Origin: Vulcanisaeta distributa DSM 14429
GTDB taxonomy: Archaea; Thermoproteota; Thermoprotei; Thermoproteales; Thermocladiaceae
DNA: 32,000 nt
Assembly (NCBI RefSeq): GCF_000148385.1
Contig: NC_014537.1
Location: 330,001 to 362,000 of the forward strand
Direction: 5' to 3'
Within the stretch, counting starts at the first letter, position 1, and each line of letters begins with the position of its first letter. Both the position numbers and the translations under genes were made by a program. Under the pieces are notes generated by a model. It worked only from the letters and a program-made list of their open reading frames with translations, was not told the DNA's origin and did no database searches. This document shows, one piece after another, positions 8,948 through 16,169 of this stretch.

Positions 8948-9718
8948 TCATGAACAACCAGAGACAAGATGAGGCACGAGTAAGACCTCCTTCAACCTCC
9001 TAACAGCATAGGCCCTGCACCTAATTAACTCCGCGGGACTACCACCACTGATTAGTGTTCCTATCCTATCGATGTATACGCCTATTACGTCATCAAGCAT
9101 TGCACCAAGTAGATCCTCCTTGAATCCATCACCAACGTGTATTGCAAGATCAGGTTCAGCGCCATGCGTTAATAATGAGTATGCACGCTCAAAAATTGCT
9201 GGGTGAGGCTTGGCTCTACCAACTTCATCAGCGTATACCTGGACGTCAATAAGCCTACTTAGGCCAAACTTATCAAGGAGTCTCCTTGATACCGCACTGC
9301 TCCAAAATATCACGTTGGATACGACTCCAATCATGAACCCGTCGCTCTTCATCTCCATTAACACGTATTGCGCATCCTCATTAGGCTTCACATTACCTGA
9401 CTCAAGCAGTGTATTTGCTATTATGTTTGCGACGTCCATAACCATCCTCTCATTGAGTTCAATCCCATACTTACGGGTTAGCCTCTCAAGGAATGTCCTA
9501 ACATTATCCATTGGTGGTACGTAAGCCATCTCAACAACCCTCCTAAGCCTAATCTCCCTATCAAGGCCCATGTATATTTCATAAACATGGTCAAAATGAA
9601 CCTCAATATCCTGGGACTTAAGATACTTAGTTATGTTCATGGCTATCTCCTCTATCAACTCCTTACCATAGTTTATCAACGTATTATACACATCGAACGT
9701 TATGACTTTAAGGCTCAT
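8948..9718 (-). CDS. HAD-superfamily hydrolase, DxY (haloacid-dehalogenase-like) variant
   Basis: Motif I ITFDVYNTL, motif II VVSN, conserved Lys in GRAKPHP, motif IV GDGFKEDLLGA. ATG9718 is preferred to TTG9733 because TTTTAAG (9742-9748) is centred 27 nt upstream. Confidence 0.8.
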   Translation of the reverse strand: MSLKVITFDVYNTLINYGKELIEEIAMNITKYLKSQDIEVHFDHVYEIYMGLDREIRLRRVVEMAYVPPMDNVRTFLERLTRKYGIELNERMVMDVANIIANTLLESGNVKPNEDAQYVLMEMKSDGFMIGVVSNVIFWSSAVSRRLLDKFGLSRLIDVQVYADEVGRAKPHPAIFERAYSLLTHGAEPDLAIHVGDGFKEDLLGAMLDDVIGVYIDRIGTLISGGSPAELIRCRAYAVRRLKEVLLVPHLVSGCS

Positions 9719-9813
9719 TAACTCATTATTCAATCACATTATTTTAAGTATTCCTACCCTTAAGGGTTATGTTTTTAAACTAAAGGTTTAAGCTCGTTCT
9801 CGGTGTTAAACCT

Positions 9814-10521
9814 TTGGTTCAGGTAACAATAATTAGGTTAATTGGCTATAGGGAATGGACGGAGACCCTCGGTCCCGACAGGGAGCACGTAATACAGCAG
9901 GTCCAGGCTCAATTGCATAGGGAATTGGTTCACGTATTCTCAAGACTCAATGCCTGGGCCCACCCACTTAGGTATGATTACCTACTTGCAATAACTAATG
10001 GCTTAAGCAATGGTGAATTAACGAGCATAATTAAGGAACTTAGTGAGTATAGCCCGGTCCCTCTATCTAGTGGTACGTATGCAGACGTTAATCCCAGGGT
10101 TGCTGAGAGGGAGGCCTTCAGGCTTGCAATGAAGGCTTCTCCAGGTGAATCGTTAATTGGGGGTGGTGATGATGGTTATGTGGCTATCGCCCATATAGAC
10201 CTGGTTGATTCAACAACGAGTACTGAGTGGACATCTAGTTATCAATTATATGAGCACGTGTGGAGTGTGGTTAATCAAGTAAGGCTTTACCTAGCGCCCT
10301 ATGGAGGTATCACACTTTATTTAGGTGGTGATAATATTGTATCAATTGTACAACCGGCAATTAACGAGAACGATCTTAAACCACTGGCCAATTTAATAAA
10401 TGCAAGGATAGGCGTTGGCATAGCACGTAGCGGTAGGGTTGCTATGAAACTCGCAACCGAGGCACTCGACTCGCTCAGGACTAGGAATGGGTATGGAGTA
10501 ATGATGCTTAGAGAGGACTAA
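9814..10521 (+). CDS. gch3: GTP cyclohydrolase III (archaeal riboflavin/F420 branch, MJ0145 family)
   Basis: The N-terminus VQVTIIRLIGYREWTETLGPDRE parallels the family start IQIT..QIDNYGPWT. It also has LLAITNG, VAIAHIDLV, LGGDN and RIGVGIA blocks. The start is TTG. Confidence 0.85.
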   Translation: MVQVTIIRLIGYREWTETLGPDREHVIQQVQAQLHRELVHVFSRLNAWAHPLRYDYLLAITNGLSNGELTSIIKELSEYSPVPLSSGTYADVNPRVAEREAFRLAMKASPGESLIGGGDDGYVAIAHIDLVDSTTSTEWTSSYQLYEHVWSVVNQVRLYLAPYGGITLYLGGDNIVSIVQPAINENDLKPLANLINARIGVGIARSGRVAMKLATEALDSLRTRNGYGVMMLRED

Positions 10522-11390
10522 TCGAGCCTTGGCCTCTTAATGAGCTTAATTTTATTGACCCTGCCCTCCTTAATAACCTGCACATAACCAGAGCTCTCTA
10601 ATCTCCTGATTGCTCTCCAAAGTGTTGCCTTAGGCATGTTCAACTTCCTCTGGAGATCCGCTTGGTAAGCCTCACCACCCATGTCGATCAATGCCTTAAG
10701 AACCTCCTTATCAGTTGGGTTCAATCCCTCAACAATTACAAGGTTCACCTCAGGACCCCTATGCCTAATTACGAATAGGTAGGCAAATAATGCGGCCACA
10801 GCAATAACCGCTGCAATGACTATGTAATAGAGCATCGGCCCTAAACTAGGTGAGGGTTTTGTGACCTTTGGTGTTGAGTTTGTAACCGTAGTAACCGCAC
10901 TGACGTTACTCACGGTGGTTGAAGTTGCCGTGGTCTTGTTAGTTATGGTTGTCGGTAGTTCTGGTATGAAGCCTATTGAGTAATTACCTGGTGCGAGTTG
11001 GAGTATTATTCCATTACTTACCTTGGTAAAATTCGTTATTAGACTTATTGGTAGTTGCGTTAATAATATGTTATTGCTTACGAAGAGGTTTATCGTGTAT
11101 GGTGATGACACATTAATGATCAAGTAGCCACTGGGTGATTGAATTATGTAGGGCGCGTACTGTATTATAAATGAGCCATTCCCAAAGACGGGTATTATTA
11201 AGTGATTCCCTATTAGTATTGCAGGTATTGTTGAACCGCTTGAATTCTGTACAATCACTGGTCCCAGGGGTTTTATGGGTAACGTGATATTTAGCAAGGC
11301 CGTACTTTGTACGGTAGTTACATTTATACTTACCGATGAGCCATTACTCAATAAATATACAAACACCGTAATCAATGCCGCTAGTATCAT
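10518..11390 (-). CDS. Membrane-tethered winged-helix (MarR/COG2512-like) transcription regulator with a glycosylated N-terminal ectodomain
   Basis: N-terminal hydrophobic segment and a ~170-aa beta-rich region with 11 N-x-S/T sequons. Then a Thr/Ser linker, the TM helix MLYYIVIAAVIAVAALFAYLFVI, and a C-terminal wHTH (LNPTDKEVLKALIDMGGEAYQADLQRKLNMPKATLWRAIRRLESSGYV). Confidence 0.7.
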   Translation of the reverse strand: MILAALITVFVYLLSNGSSVSINVTTVQSTALLNITLPIKPLGPVIVQNSSGSTIPAILIGNHLIIPVFGNGSFIIQYAPYIIQSPSGYLIINVSSPYTINLFVSNNILLTQLPISLITNFTKVSNGIILQLAPGNYSIGFIPELPTTITNKTTATSTTVSNVSAVTTVTNSTPKVTKPSPSLGPMLYYIVIAAVIAVAALFAYLFVIRHRGPEVNLVIVEGLNPTDKEVLKALIDMGGEAYQADLQRKLNMPKATLWRAIRRLESSGYVQVIKEGRVNKIKLIKRPRLD

Positions 11391-11443
11391 TGCTTCAATT
11401 ATGGCTTATTGACTTAAAAACTTTATTAATTCGCTTAATAATG

Positions 11444-11497
11444 AAAAGAAAAATAGTAATGAAGATAAAAAGGAAGTGCGCGAAAATTGAATTAAAA
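11444..11497 (-). terminator. Oligo-T tracts (minus strand) downstream of the 11533 stop; probable archaeal intrinsic terminator region
   Basis: Minus-strand T4 (11497-11494), T5 (11471-11467), T5 (11453-11449) and T4 (11447-11444) follow the stop codon at 11533-11535. Confidence 0.35.
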
Positions 11498-11532
11498 TAT
11501 TTTTAATGGGAATGTACCTAGAAAGTTACTTA

Positions 11533-12753
11533 TTATCCACCACCCTTACCCTGACCCTTACCATGTCCCATCTGCCCATGTTGTCCTCCCTGCCCACCTT
11601 GACCGTGCTGACCCTTACCATGTCCCTGCCCATGTAGTTGCCAGCCCTTAGCCTCCTGACCGAACTGCTGCGTTGTGTTGAGCCAATCACTGAATCCCTT
11701 GCCATGCTTAAGCATCTGCAGCAACTGTGCCTGGGCGGTCTCGTTACCCTGTATCAGTGGGTATATCATCTTAAGCTCCTTGAATAACTCATGAAGCTCC
11801 TTAACACTTGTTATATTTAATCCGGTGATGTTCGTTAACATGCCAAGTTCGTGATCAAGCGTTGCCAATTGCGTCAATGTTTCATTTAGCGTTATTGATC
11901 CCCTTATTATCTGCATTACGTAGTGCTCAAGTTCGTGATCAATCCTATTTGCAAAGCCCATCTTCTGCTCCTCATAGTACTGACTGGTTATATTACTTAG
12001 CAATGACTTGTATCCACTCAATAGCATTTCTGCCTCGGAGTAATTACCACTAATTAGGGCCTGCTTTAGTTGGCTAAGTAGACTATAGATTTGGCTCGTC
12101 TGTGTGCTGTTTAGTAATCCTTGTTGTTCAAGCCTTGTTAATGTCTCGTTGAGCAGCATTAGCCTGAAGGTTAGTGTTCTATTCCAAATCTCAGCATGCC
12201 TTTCAAGCACATAGACATGAACCAAGTAGTGCCTAAGGTGTACCAGGAACTGAAGAGCCAGTAGGCACTCACCCTTACTAACATAGTAATTAGTAATATT
12301 CTGCAGAGTTACCGGTGTTAAGTTGAAGCCTGTTATGTTGAAGGCAGTCATATTGAACTTGGTTATGTTGAATCCCGTGAATGTACCATTTATGGCCGTC
12401 TCATTAAGGCCCGTGGCATTAACCACCATGAGTGACGTGGCGTTGACCCCACTCATGTTTGCGCCAACCCTCATTAACCACATGTCATCTATGTATAGGT
12501 TCGCCTGTATTGCAGTGAGTAGGCCAGGTGGGCATGTGGTTACGTTTGTCATGGTCACGTTGCTCACGGTTGTCGTAGTAACGTTACTTACAGATGTTGC
12601 GTTAATGCTAACCGTTGAGTTGGTGGCGTTGGTTGATTGAGATGCCAACAACGGGCTTGCGGTCATGACCACGGTCAACACTAACGTTAACGCTAGTGCC
12701 ATGATCAGTGCTACTACTCCTATATCCATTATTTTTCTGTTTCCCATACTCAT
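11533..12753 (-). CDS. Secreted, heavily N-glycosylatable, His-rich helical protein with a His/Gly/Gln-rich C-terminal tail
   Basis: Signal-like N-terminus (IMALALTLVLTVVMTASPLLA/SQ). I count 26 N-x-S/T sequons. The central region is helical with many His. The tail is GWQLHGQGHGKGQHGQGGQGGQHGQMGHGKGQGKGGG. The ORF-track start is 12765. ATG12753 fits the TATA-like TTATTAAATAA centred ~25 nt upstream. Confidence 0.7.
   Translation of the reverse strand: MSMGNRKIMDIGVVALIMALALTLVLTVVMTASPLLASQSTNATNSTVSINATSVSNVTTTTVSNVTMTNVTTCPPGLLTAIQANLYIDDMWLMRVGANMSGVNATSLMVVNATGLNETAINGTFTGFNITKFNMTAFNITGFNLTPVTLQNITNYYVSKGECLLALQFLVHLRHYLVHVYVLERHAEIWNRTLTFRLMLLNETLTRLEQQGLLNSTQTSQIYSLLSQLKQALISGNYSEAEMLLSGYKSLLSNITSQYYEEQKMGFANRIDHELEHYVMQIIRGSITLNETLTQLATLDHELGMLTNITGLNITSVKELHELFKELKMIYPLIQGNETAQAQLLQMLKHGKGFSDWLNTTQQFGQEAKGWQLHGQGHGKGQHGQGGQGGQHGQMGHGKGQGKGGG
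11551..11626 (-). repeat. 19-bp perfect direct repeat inside the tail-coding region (each copy encodes GHGKGQ)
   Basis: CTGACCCTTACCATGTCCC occurs at 11551-11569 and again at 11608-11626, 57 bp (19 codons) apart. Confidence 0.9.
12316..12375 (-). repeat. Four tandem 15-bp (5-codon) units encoding GFNIT-KFNMT-AFNIT-GFNLT
   Basis: The reverse complement reads GGATTCAACATAACC AAGTTCAATATGACT GCCTTCAACATAACA GGCTTCAACTTAACA. Confidence 0.9.
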
Positions 12754-12873
12754 CACCAAACCCATAAACTAATTATTTAATAAGGAATCTCCCTGAAAAA
12801 TAACGTTCAATTACTGTGAAACAAAGTGAAACCAGAGGTATGACTCTTAAAGACCAGTAACTACCAAGGACCT

Positions 12874-13551
12874 GTGCTCATTCTCATTGACTTAGACGGC
12901 ACATTACTACCCCTCGAAGCATGGGACCCCGTGTTCCAGGAGATAAGCATGTTAATAGCCAGTAGGGCTAATGCTGACTGGAGGGCTGTGTACAAGGCTG
13001 CGAAGGACCTGAATAGGGAATTACTGAGGAGCTTCACAATTAAGGCCTTTGATTGGGATTACATATTCACCGAGATAGCCCATAGGTTTGGTCTACCCAT
13101 AAGCATAGACGTCAATGACACATTGATGAAGTATGTGCATGACTTCAAACCATTCGACGGGGCGCTTGAGCTTTTAAGAGTAATTAGGGATTTGGGGCAT
13201 GAGATAATCATTGCAACCAATGGGTTGTATAAGTATCAATCGGTGGTCATTAGGGAGTTGGGATTCTCAAGATTTGTTAATGGCATTAGAACGCCTGACA
13301 TGGTTGGTTGTCCTAAGAATTGCCGTGAATTCTTCGAAGGTGCCCAGGTAATGATTGGTGACAACCCACTCTTCGACGTTTATTACCCAGCCAGGTTTGG
13401 CTTAATAACGATATTCATTGGTGATTGGGAAAAGAGATTGAGTTATGTATTGGATGTGTGGGGTATCGATTTATCAAGTGTTAAGCCAACGTACTCCTTC
13501 AAGAGCATTAAGGACCTACTAATGATGATAACCAGCATACTTAATCAGTAA
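12874..13551 (+). CDS. HAD-superfamily hydrolase (canonical DxD phosphatase-type motif I)
   Basis: Motif I LIDLDGTL lies at the extreme N-terminus. It also has IIIATNG and MIGDNPLFDV. The start is GTG, with TCTTAAAG (12845-12852) centred ~26 nt upstream. Confidence 0.75.
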   Translation: MLILIDLDGTLLPLEAWDPVFQEISMLIASRANADWRAVYKAAKDLNRELLRSFTIKAFDWDYIFTEIAHRFGLPISIDVNDTLMKYVHDFKPFDGALELLRVIRDLGHEIIIATNGLYKYQSVVIRELGFSRFVNGIRTPDMVGCPKNCREFFEGAQVMIGDNPLFDVYYPARFGLITIFIGDWEKRLSYVLDVWGIDLSSVKPTYSFKSIKDLLMMITSILNQ

Positions 13552-14035
13552 GCCCGCGCATTGGTGATTTACCAACTCTTATGAAGAATATTGTTATCAC
13601 GGCAAAGTCTATTATTATCATTATATGCATCACCGTGCAGTATATACATAGTGCGTGGAGTAGGTAGGTTTCAACGAATATTAAGTATGGGACCACCACT
13701 ATGCCAATGAATCTCCAGTAAAATAGGGCATTTATCGCAAGTGTGGCTAAGTTCCCCGGGCCTAGGTCGTACATTAAAACGAGGATTATATTCACTATGA
13801 ACCAAATCGCTGCGAGCAAATCCAGCGGTACACCACCTATGTCTGAGTACTTACTCGAAAGTACCCTTTCACAGTCAATGGTTATTCCTGGGAATGGGGA
13901 TTTAAATGACGTGCAGAGTGGCGGTAGTTCACGTAGGTAATAATACGTGTATATCACAATGGAGGATGCGAATAGGCCCACCGCTGAGAAGATAAGCATA
14001 AGTACTAGCCATGTACCCGTTAGCCTTCTCATCAC
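13541..14035 (-). CDS. Vitamin K epoxide reductase (VKOR) family membrane oxidoreductase, stand-alone
   Basis: Loop cysteines in CTSFKSPFPGITIDCERVLSSKYSDIGGVPLDLLAAIWF, and a TM CxxC in LHALCIYCTVMHI. The protein has multiple hydrophobic helices. ATG14032 is an adjacent alternative start. Confidence 0.7.
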   Translation of the reverse strand: MMRRLTGTWLVLMLIFSAVGLFASSIVIYTYYYLRELPPLCTSFKSPFPGITIDCERVLSSKYSDIGGVPLDLLAAIWFIVNIILVLMYDLGPGNLATLAINALFYWRFIGIVVVPYLIFVETYLLHALCIYCTVMHIMIIIDFAVITIFFIRVGKSPMRGLTD

Positions 14036-14120
14036 TACGTAGGTAAAACCCTGAGCTTAAATATTAATCTCACAGTGCAGTTACTGCATTATTATTAATT
14101 AACTTTAACGGGCTAATTAA

Positions 14121-14129
14121 TTTATTAAA
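14121..14129 (+). promoter_or_regulatory. TATA-like box for moeA
   Basis: TTTATTAAA is centred 27 nt upstream of ATG14152. Confidence 0.45.
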
Positions 14130-14151
14130 GCACTGCGTTTGTTTACGCACA

Positions 14152-16137
14152 ATGTCTGAGGCAGGTAAGAGGATAATATTTCATGAATTATTAACACCTG
14201 AGGAGACATTGAGTAAGGTGTTTAGTACTGTTAAGGTTGAGCCGTTGGGGACAGAGGTAGTAAGGATCGAGGAGAGCTATGGAAGGGTTTTGGCAAGGGA
14301 TGTTTATTCACGAATTGATGTGCCGCCATTTGATAGGGCGACAATGGATGGGTTCGCAGTTAGGGCTGAGGATACGTTTGGAGCCGATGAACTAAACCCA
14401 GTTAAGTTAAGAGTTATTGGTAATATTGAGACTGGGGCTGAGGAGTTGCCTCAGGTTAATTCTGGCGAGGCCGTTGAAATAGCGACTGGCGCCCCAATGC
14501 CCCCTGGCGCCAATGCGGTGGTCATGGTCGAGTATACTAAGCGTAGTGGTGATGAGTTGGTGATATATCGTTCGGTAACGCCGGGTGAGAACGTAATGTC
14601 AGCGGGTTCGGACGTAATGATGGGCGAATTAATACTTAGGAAGTGCACAGTGATTAGGGAGAGGGAGGTTGGTCTGTTGGCTGCTGTGGGTATTGATAGG
14701 GTTGAGGTATTTAGGAGGCCTAGGGTTGCGATAATATCCACGGGTAATGAGTTAGTTAGTCCAGGTAGGGAATTGGGTCGCGGCAAGATTTACGACATAA
14801 ACACATACACAATAGCCCACGCGGTTAGGTCGATGGGCGCCGAACCCATCATCATGGGTATTGTTAGGGATGACATCAATGAGATGAGGGATGCCGTGAA
14901 TAAGGCGTTAAGTATAGGCGATTTAGTGCTTCTGTCGGGCGGGACGTCAGCGGGGCTTGCCGACCTAACGTATAAAGTGCTTGACGAGATAGGGCCTCCC
15001 GGCATAATAATCCATGGGCTTAAGGTAAAGCCTGGCAAGCCCACGGTCGTGGCCGTGTCCAGAGATAATAAATTGGTTATTGGCTTACCTGGATACCCAA
15101 GTTCGGCATTGATGATATTCAACATAATAGTTAAGCCGATACTGGCCAAAATGTTATGTACGGGGATTGATGAGATTAGGATTAAGGCGAGGCTGGCAAT
15201 TAGGGCCGACGGCGCCAAGGGCAGGAGAGCCCTTTACCCAGTTAGCCTGGTTGATACAGGCCACGGAGTAGTGGCCTACCCATTACCCGCTGAGTCTGGT
15301 GCCATAAGCACACTTGCCTTTGCCGACGGCTACATAGCTATTCCCGAGACCGTGGAGTACTTGGATAGTGGTGATGAGGTTGAGGTTACGCTATTCACCC
15401 ATCAGTACATGCCGGCCAATCTATATATAATCGGTAGCCATGACCTAGGCCTCGATGTGCTAATACCAATGCTGCCAGGCTTTGTTAGGGCTAGGGTTAT
15501 CAACGTCGGCTCCATGGGCGGATTATATGCCGTTAAACGTGGCGAGGCTGATGTGGCGGGCCTGCACCTCGTCGATGAGGAGACTGGGCAGTACAACGTA
15601 CCATACATGGTTAAGTATAATGTTAACAATGCCGTCCTGATTAGGGGTTATTTCAGGGAGCAAGGGTTAATAGTGCCCAGGGGCAACCCTAAGAACATAA
15701 GGGGTATTGAGGATTTGTTGAGGGGTGATGTGAGGATTGTTAATAGGAATAAGGGTGCAGGCACTAGGTTCCTACTTGACATAAAGTTGAAGGAGATAGC
15801 GAATAAGATGGGTGTTAAGTTTGAGGAGTTGGTAAGGAGGATCAACGGCTACTATTACGAGGTTAAGACCCACACAGCAGTAGCTGCCGCGGTTGCCCAG
15901 GGTAAGGCTGATGCTGGTGTTGGTATTAGGGCTGCGGCCGCGATGTACGGCCTGGACTTCATACCGCTCGGTTGGGAGAGCTATGACTTTGCAATACCAA
16001 TTGATAGACTTGAGAAGGATAGCGTTAAGGCATTCCTCAACATGTTAAGGAGTAGTGAGTTTAAGAATGCACTCAGTAAATTACCTGGCTATAGGGTTCC
16101 TGATGACATTGGTGAGGTTATTTGGAAAGGTCAATAA
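14152..16137 (+). CDS. moeA: Molybdopterin molybdenumtransferase MoeA fused to a C-terminal periplasmic-binding-protein-like domain
   Basis: MoeA blocks PPFDRATMDGFAV, ISTGNELV, LLSGGTSAG and GLPGYPSSA. They are followed by ~240 aa (from IIGSHDLGLD... to GVGIRAAA...) that resemble the PBP-like domain found on archaeal MoeA proteins. Confidence 0.9.
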   Translation: MSEAGKRIIFHELLTPEETLSKVFSTVKVEPLGTEVVRIEESYGRVLARDVYSRIDVPPFDRATMDGFAVRAEDTFGADELNPVKLRVIGNIETGAEELPQVNSGEAVEIATGAPMPPGANAVVMVEYTKRSGDELVIYRSVTPGENVMSAGSDVMMGELILRKCTVIREREVGLLAAVGIDRVEVFRRPRVAIISTGNELVSPGRELGRGKIYDINTYTIAHAVRSMGAEPIIMGIVRDDINEMRDAVNKALSIGDLVLLSGGTSAGLADLTYKVLDEIGPPGIIIHGLKVKPGKPTVVAVSRDNKLVIGLPGYPSSALMIFNIIVKPILAKMLCTGIDEIRIKARLAIRADGAKGRRALYPVSLVDTGHGVVAYPLPAESGAISTLAFADGYIAIPETVEYLDSGDEVEVTLFTHQYMPANLYIIGSHDLGLDVLIPMLPGFVRARVINVGSMGGLYAVKRGEADVAGLHLVDEETGQYNVPYMVKYNVNNAVLIRGYFREQGLIVPRGNPKNIRGIEDLLRGDVRIVNRNKGAGTRFLLDIKLKEIANKMGVKFEELVRRINGYYYEVKTHTAVAAAVAQGKADAGVGIRAAAAMYGLDFIPLGWESYDFAIPIDRLEKDSVKAFLNMLRSSEFKNALSKLPGYRVPDDIGEVIWKGQ

Positions 16138-16169
16138 ATTTAATTTTAAAATGCTCAATAGAGATAATA

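Noticed and set aside
8948-10521. The idea that the HAD hydrolase divergent from GTP cyclohydrolase III is the missing archaeal riboflavin-pathway phosphatase (dephosphorylation of 5-amino-6-ribitylamino-uracil phosphate).
   Set aside because: Its motif I is FDVYNTL (DxY). It lacks the second Asp that acts as general acid/base in HAD phosphatases and resembles the haloacid-dehalogenase-like subgroup. The canonical DxD HAD (12874-13551) is not adjacent to gch3. Association alone is too weak.
11441-11506. A 21-codon plus-strand sORF encoding a very basic peptide (MKRKIVMKIKRKCAKIELKYF) in a purine-rich spacer. The CTTAAAAAC box lies 24 nt upstream.
   Set aside because: The A-runs are better explained as minus-strand oligo-T terminator tracts for the 11533-12753 gene. 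The box is the promoter of the 11390 gene. A 21-codon ORF in such a tract may be chance. It would only be revived by Ribo-seq or conservation evidence.
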